Part shown: positions 62,366 to 64,000 of the stretch, one piece after another
Layout of the letters: every line of letters starts with the position of its first letter
How positions within the stretch are numbered: the stretch's first letter is position 1
Assembly (NCBI GenBank): GCA_965248925.1
Contig: CBDFLE010000006.1
Location: 3,552,001-3,616,000 of the forward strand
Direction: 5' to 3'
Source of the DNA: Candidatus Multivoradales bacterium
GTDB taxonomy: Bacteria > Acidobacteriota > Thermoanaerobaculia > Multivoradales > J023
Length of the DNA: 64,000 nucleotides
The notes under the pieces: model-generated
What the model saw: the letters and a program-made list of their open reading frames with translations, nothing else
The model's database searches: none
What the model was told of the DNA's origin: nothing
Made by a program: the position numbers and the translations under genes

Positions 62366-63933
62366 GGCGGCGTCTCCTCGCGGCGCGCGGCACTGTAGTA
62401 GCTGGCGCCGCGGACGTTGCGGTGCTCGATCGGCGCCGTCACTTCGGTGGGCTCGGGCGCTGCTTGCTGGTCCAGGCCGCTCTTCAGGATCGACTTCACG
62501 CTCTTGTAGGACAGGCCGTGAATGGCGAGCGCGCGGCGGCACGCAGCCTCCAAACGATTGGCACCATAGGTCTTGCCCAGGCGCATCAGCCCCAGACACG
62601 AGCGAAAGCCGTGCTGAGGATGGGAGCGGTTAAGCATGATGGTCTCCACCAGTTCGGCCGTCGCCTGGCCTGTTTTCGCCGCCCAGCTGATCAGCCGTGT
62701 CGGTGTCCACTCCAGGTACGCCTGGTGCGCTTTGGGCATGTGCTCGCTCTGGGTCGTGTGCCGACCCCGACACCGATTGCGACGATGAGCAGCCACACGC
62801 TTGCCGCGATCGAGCACCTCCACCAGTTGCGCCGTCGCCCGCAGATCGAGCTGCTTCTTGATCAGCTGGTACGGCACACTGTAATAGTGGCCCTCGAACT
62901 CGACGTGGTAGTCCGGGGCAACGCGTACCTTCTTCCATTCGGCAAGCTCGTAGGGCTGGAGCGGCAAAGCACCCAGAGCAGGACGATCGACCTGCTCGAA
63001 CAGCGCTCGGCGCGAGACGCCCAACACCTTCAGCGGACGGTCGTTAAGCTCGACCAGAAGCTTCGCGATGCTCTCGTTGAGCTCTCGCAGGCTGAAGAAC
63101 TGCTGGTTACGCAGCCGGGCCAGAATCCAGCGCTCCACTTGCAATACACCGTTTTCGACCTTCGCCTTGTCTTGGGGCTTCCTCACCCGCGCCGGCACCA
63201 CCGCCACGCCGTAGTGCTCGGCCAACTCCGCGTAGGTGCGATTGATCTCCGGCTCGTAGCGGCACGGGCTGGTCACGCCGCTCTTCAGATTGTCCGGCAC
63301 CACCAGCTCGCTCACCCCGCCCAGAGCCGCGAAGGTCCGCACATGAGAGCCGATCCAGCCCTCCAGGCCCTGGCTCCACGTTGATTCGGCATAGGTGTAG
63401 TTGCTCGCCCCCAGCACCGCCACGAAGATCTGCGCTTCGCGCGCTTTGCCAGTCGCCGGGTCGATCACCCTCACGGTCTGTCCGGCATAGTCGACGAACA
63501 GCTTCTCGCCCGCCCGGTAGGCTTGGCGCAGGCACACATCCAGGCGCCCTTCCCAGATCCGGTACAGCTGACAGAAGCGGCTGAGACCGTAGCCGTCGGG
63601 ATGGTCCTCCCGGTACTCCTGCCACAGCAGCGACAGGGTTACGCCCTTCTTCTTCAGCTCGCCATGCACCTTGGTCCAGTCGGGCAAGGCTCGCTGACCA
63701 CCCCTCCGAAGCGGCTGCGGCCGAGGGTACAGGCGTTGCTCCAGCTCAGCGTCGCTCAAAGCTGCTACTTGCTCCCAGCTCAGGCCTTCAACCTTGGCTC
63801 GCAGCAGGTAGTTGCACACCGTCCCGTGGCCCAGCCGAACCGACCGTCCGATCTGGCGGTGCGACAGGCCATGCTGCCATTTCAGTCTCAGTACCTCGCG
63901 TATCTTGCGCATCGATGTCCTCACTCTCGGCAT
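62359..63933 (-). CDS. istA: IS21 DDE transposase IstA
   Basis: MRKIREVLRL HTH, LLWQEY, FVDYAG, VPDNLKSGV, PQDKAKVE, YSVPY. Confidence 0.95.
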   Translation of the reverse strand: MPRVRTSMRKIREVLRLKWQHGLSHRQIGRSVRLGHGTVCNYLLRAKVEGLSWEQVAALSDAELEQRLYPRPQPLRRGGQRALPDWTKVHGELKKKGVTLSLLWQEYREDHPDGYGLSRFCQLYRIWEGRLDVCLRQAYRAGEKLFVDYAGQTVRVIDPATGKAREAQIFVAVLGASNYTYAESTWSQGLEGWIGSHVRTFAALGGVSELVVPDNLKSGVTSPCRYEPEINRTYAELAEHYGVAVVPARVRKPQDKAKVENGVLQVERWILARLRNQQFFSLRELNESIAKLLVELNDRPLKVLGVSRRALFEQVDRPALGALPLQPYELAEWKKVRVAPDYHVEFEGHYYSVPYQLIKKQLDLRATAQLVEVLDRGKRVAAHRRNRCRGRHTTQSEHMPKAHQAYLEWTPTRLISWAAKTGQATAELVETIMLNRSHPQHGFRSCLGLMRLGKTYGANRLEAACRRALAIHGLSYKSVKSILKSGLDQQAAPEPTEVTAPIEHRNVRGASYYSAARREETPPC

Positions 63934-64000
63934 CCAATCCTCCTTTCAAGGAGGCTGGAATACCCCAATTGTGAGGAGCGCGCTACCGTCGAACTCCGCC

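Larger units (their letters stand above)
61246..64000 (-). mobile_element. IS21-family insertion sequence (other end outside window)
   Basis: Terminus TGCCTATTCCGACGAAACTGACCAG with internal repeat ATTCCGATCGAAACCGACCAC, typical of IS21 ends; istA-istB pair. Confidence 0.9.

Noticed and set aside
62422-63384. 320-aa plus-strand ORF within the IS
   Set aside because: Antisense to istA with no recognisable features.
1-64000. tRNA, rRNA, riboswitch or prophage
   Set aside because: No cloverleaf, rRNA, riboswitch consensus or phage genes recognised by eye; a covariance-model scan was not possible, so small ncRNAs are not excluded.

Overview
GC-rich bacterial chromosomal window. Gene content and style (Oar-type TonB receptor, IPTL-CTERM protein, Cys-type CcmE, PQQ-like propeller, IS21) suggest Acidobacteriota, but this is inference. 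Most of it is housekeeping: tdh-kbl, pntAA-pntAB-pntB, ggt, rel, pilMNOPQ, accBC, thiE, NSS transporter, aroK, AlgI/AlgJ-type O-acylation genes, gdhA, ccmABCDEF and an ECF sigma cluster. It ends in an IS21 element that truncates an AraC-type gene. The best candidate for an undescribed system is a minus-strand three-gene operon at 12764-16810. It encodes a glutaminase-dead asparagine-synthetase-like PP-loop ligase, a bacterial homolog of the archaeosine radical SAM enzyme RaSEA, and an atypical flavin-halogenase-like protein. Other notable items are three Ig-like lipoproteins directly after pilQ, a TPR plus Roadblock (MglC-like) pair between pil and acc genes, a bipartite REP/REPIN-like repeat family, a SigW-type promoter with a split anti-sigma/bactofilin-like module, several probable leaderless starts, and two small proteins missed by the ORF track (CcmD, MetS-like). 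No rRNA, tRNA or CRISPR array was seen. All family calls come from motif recognition by eye; no database searches were run.
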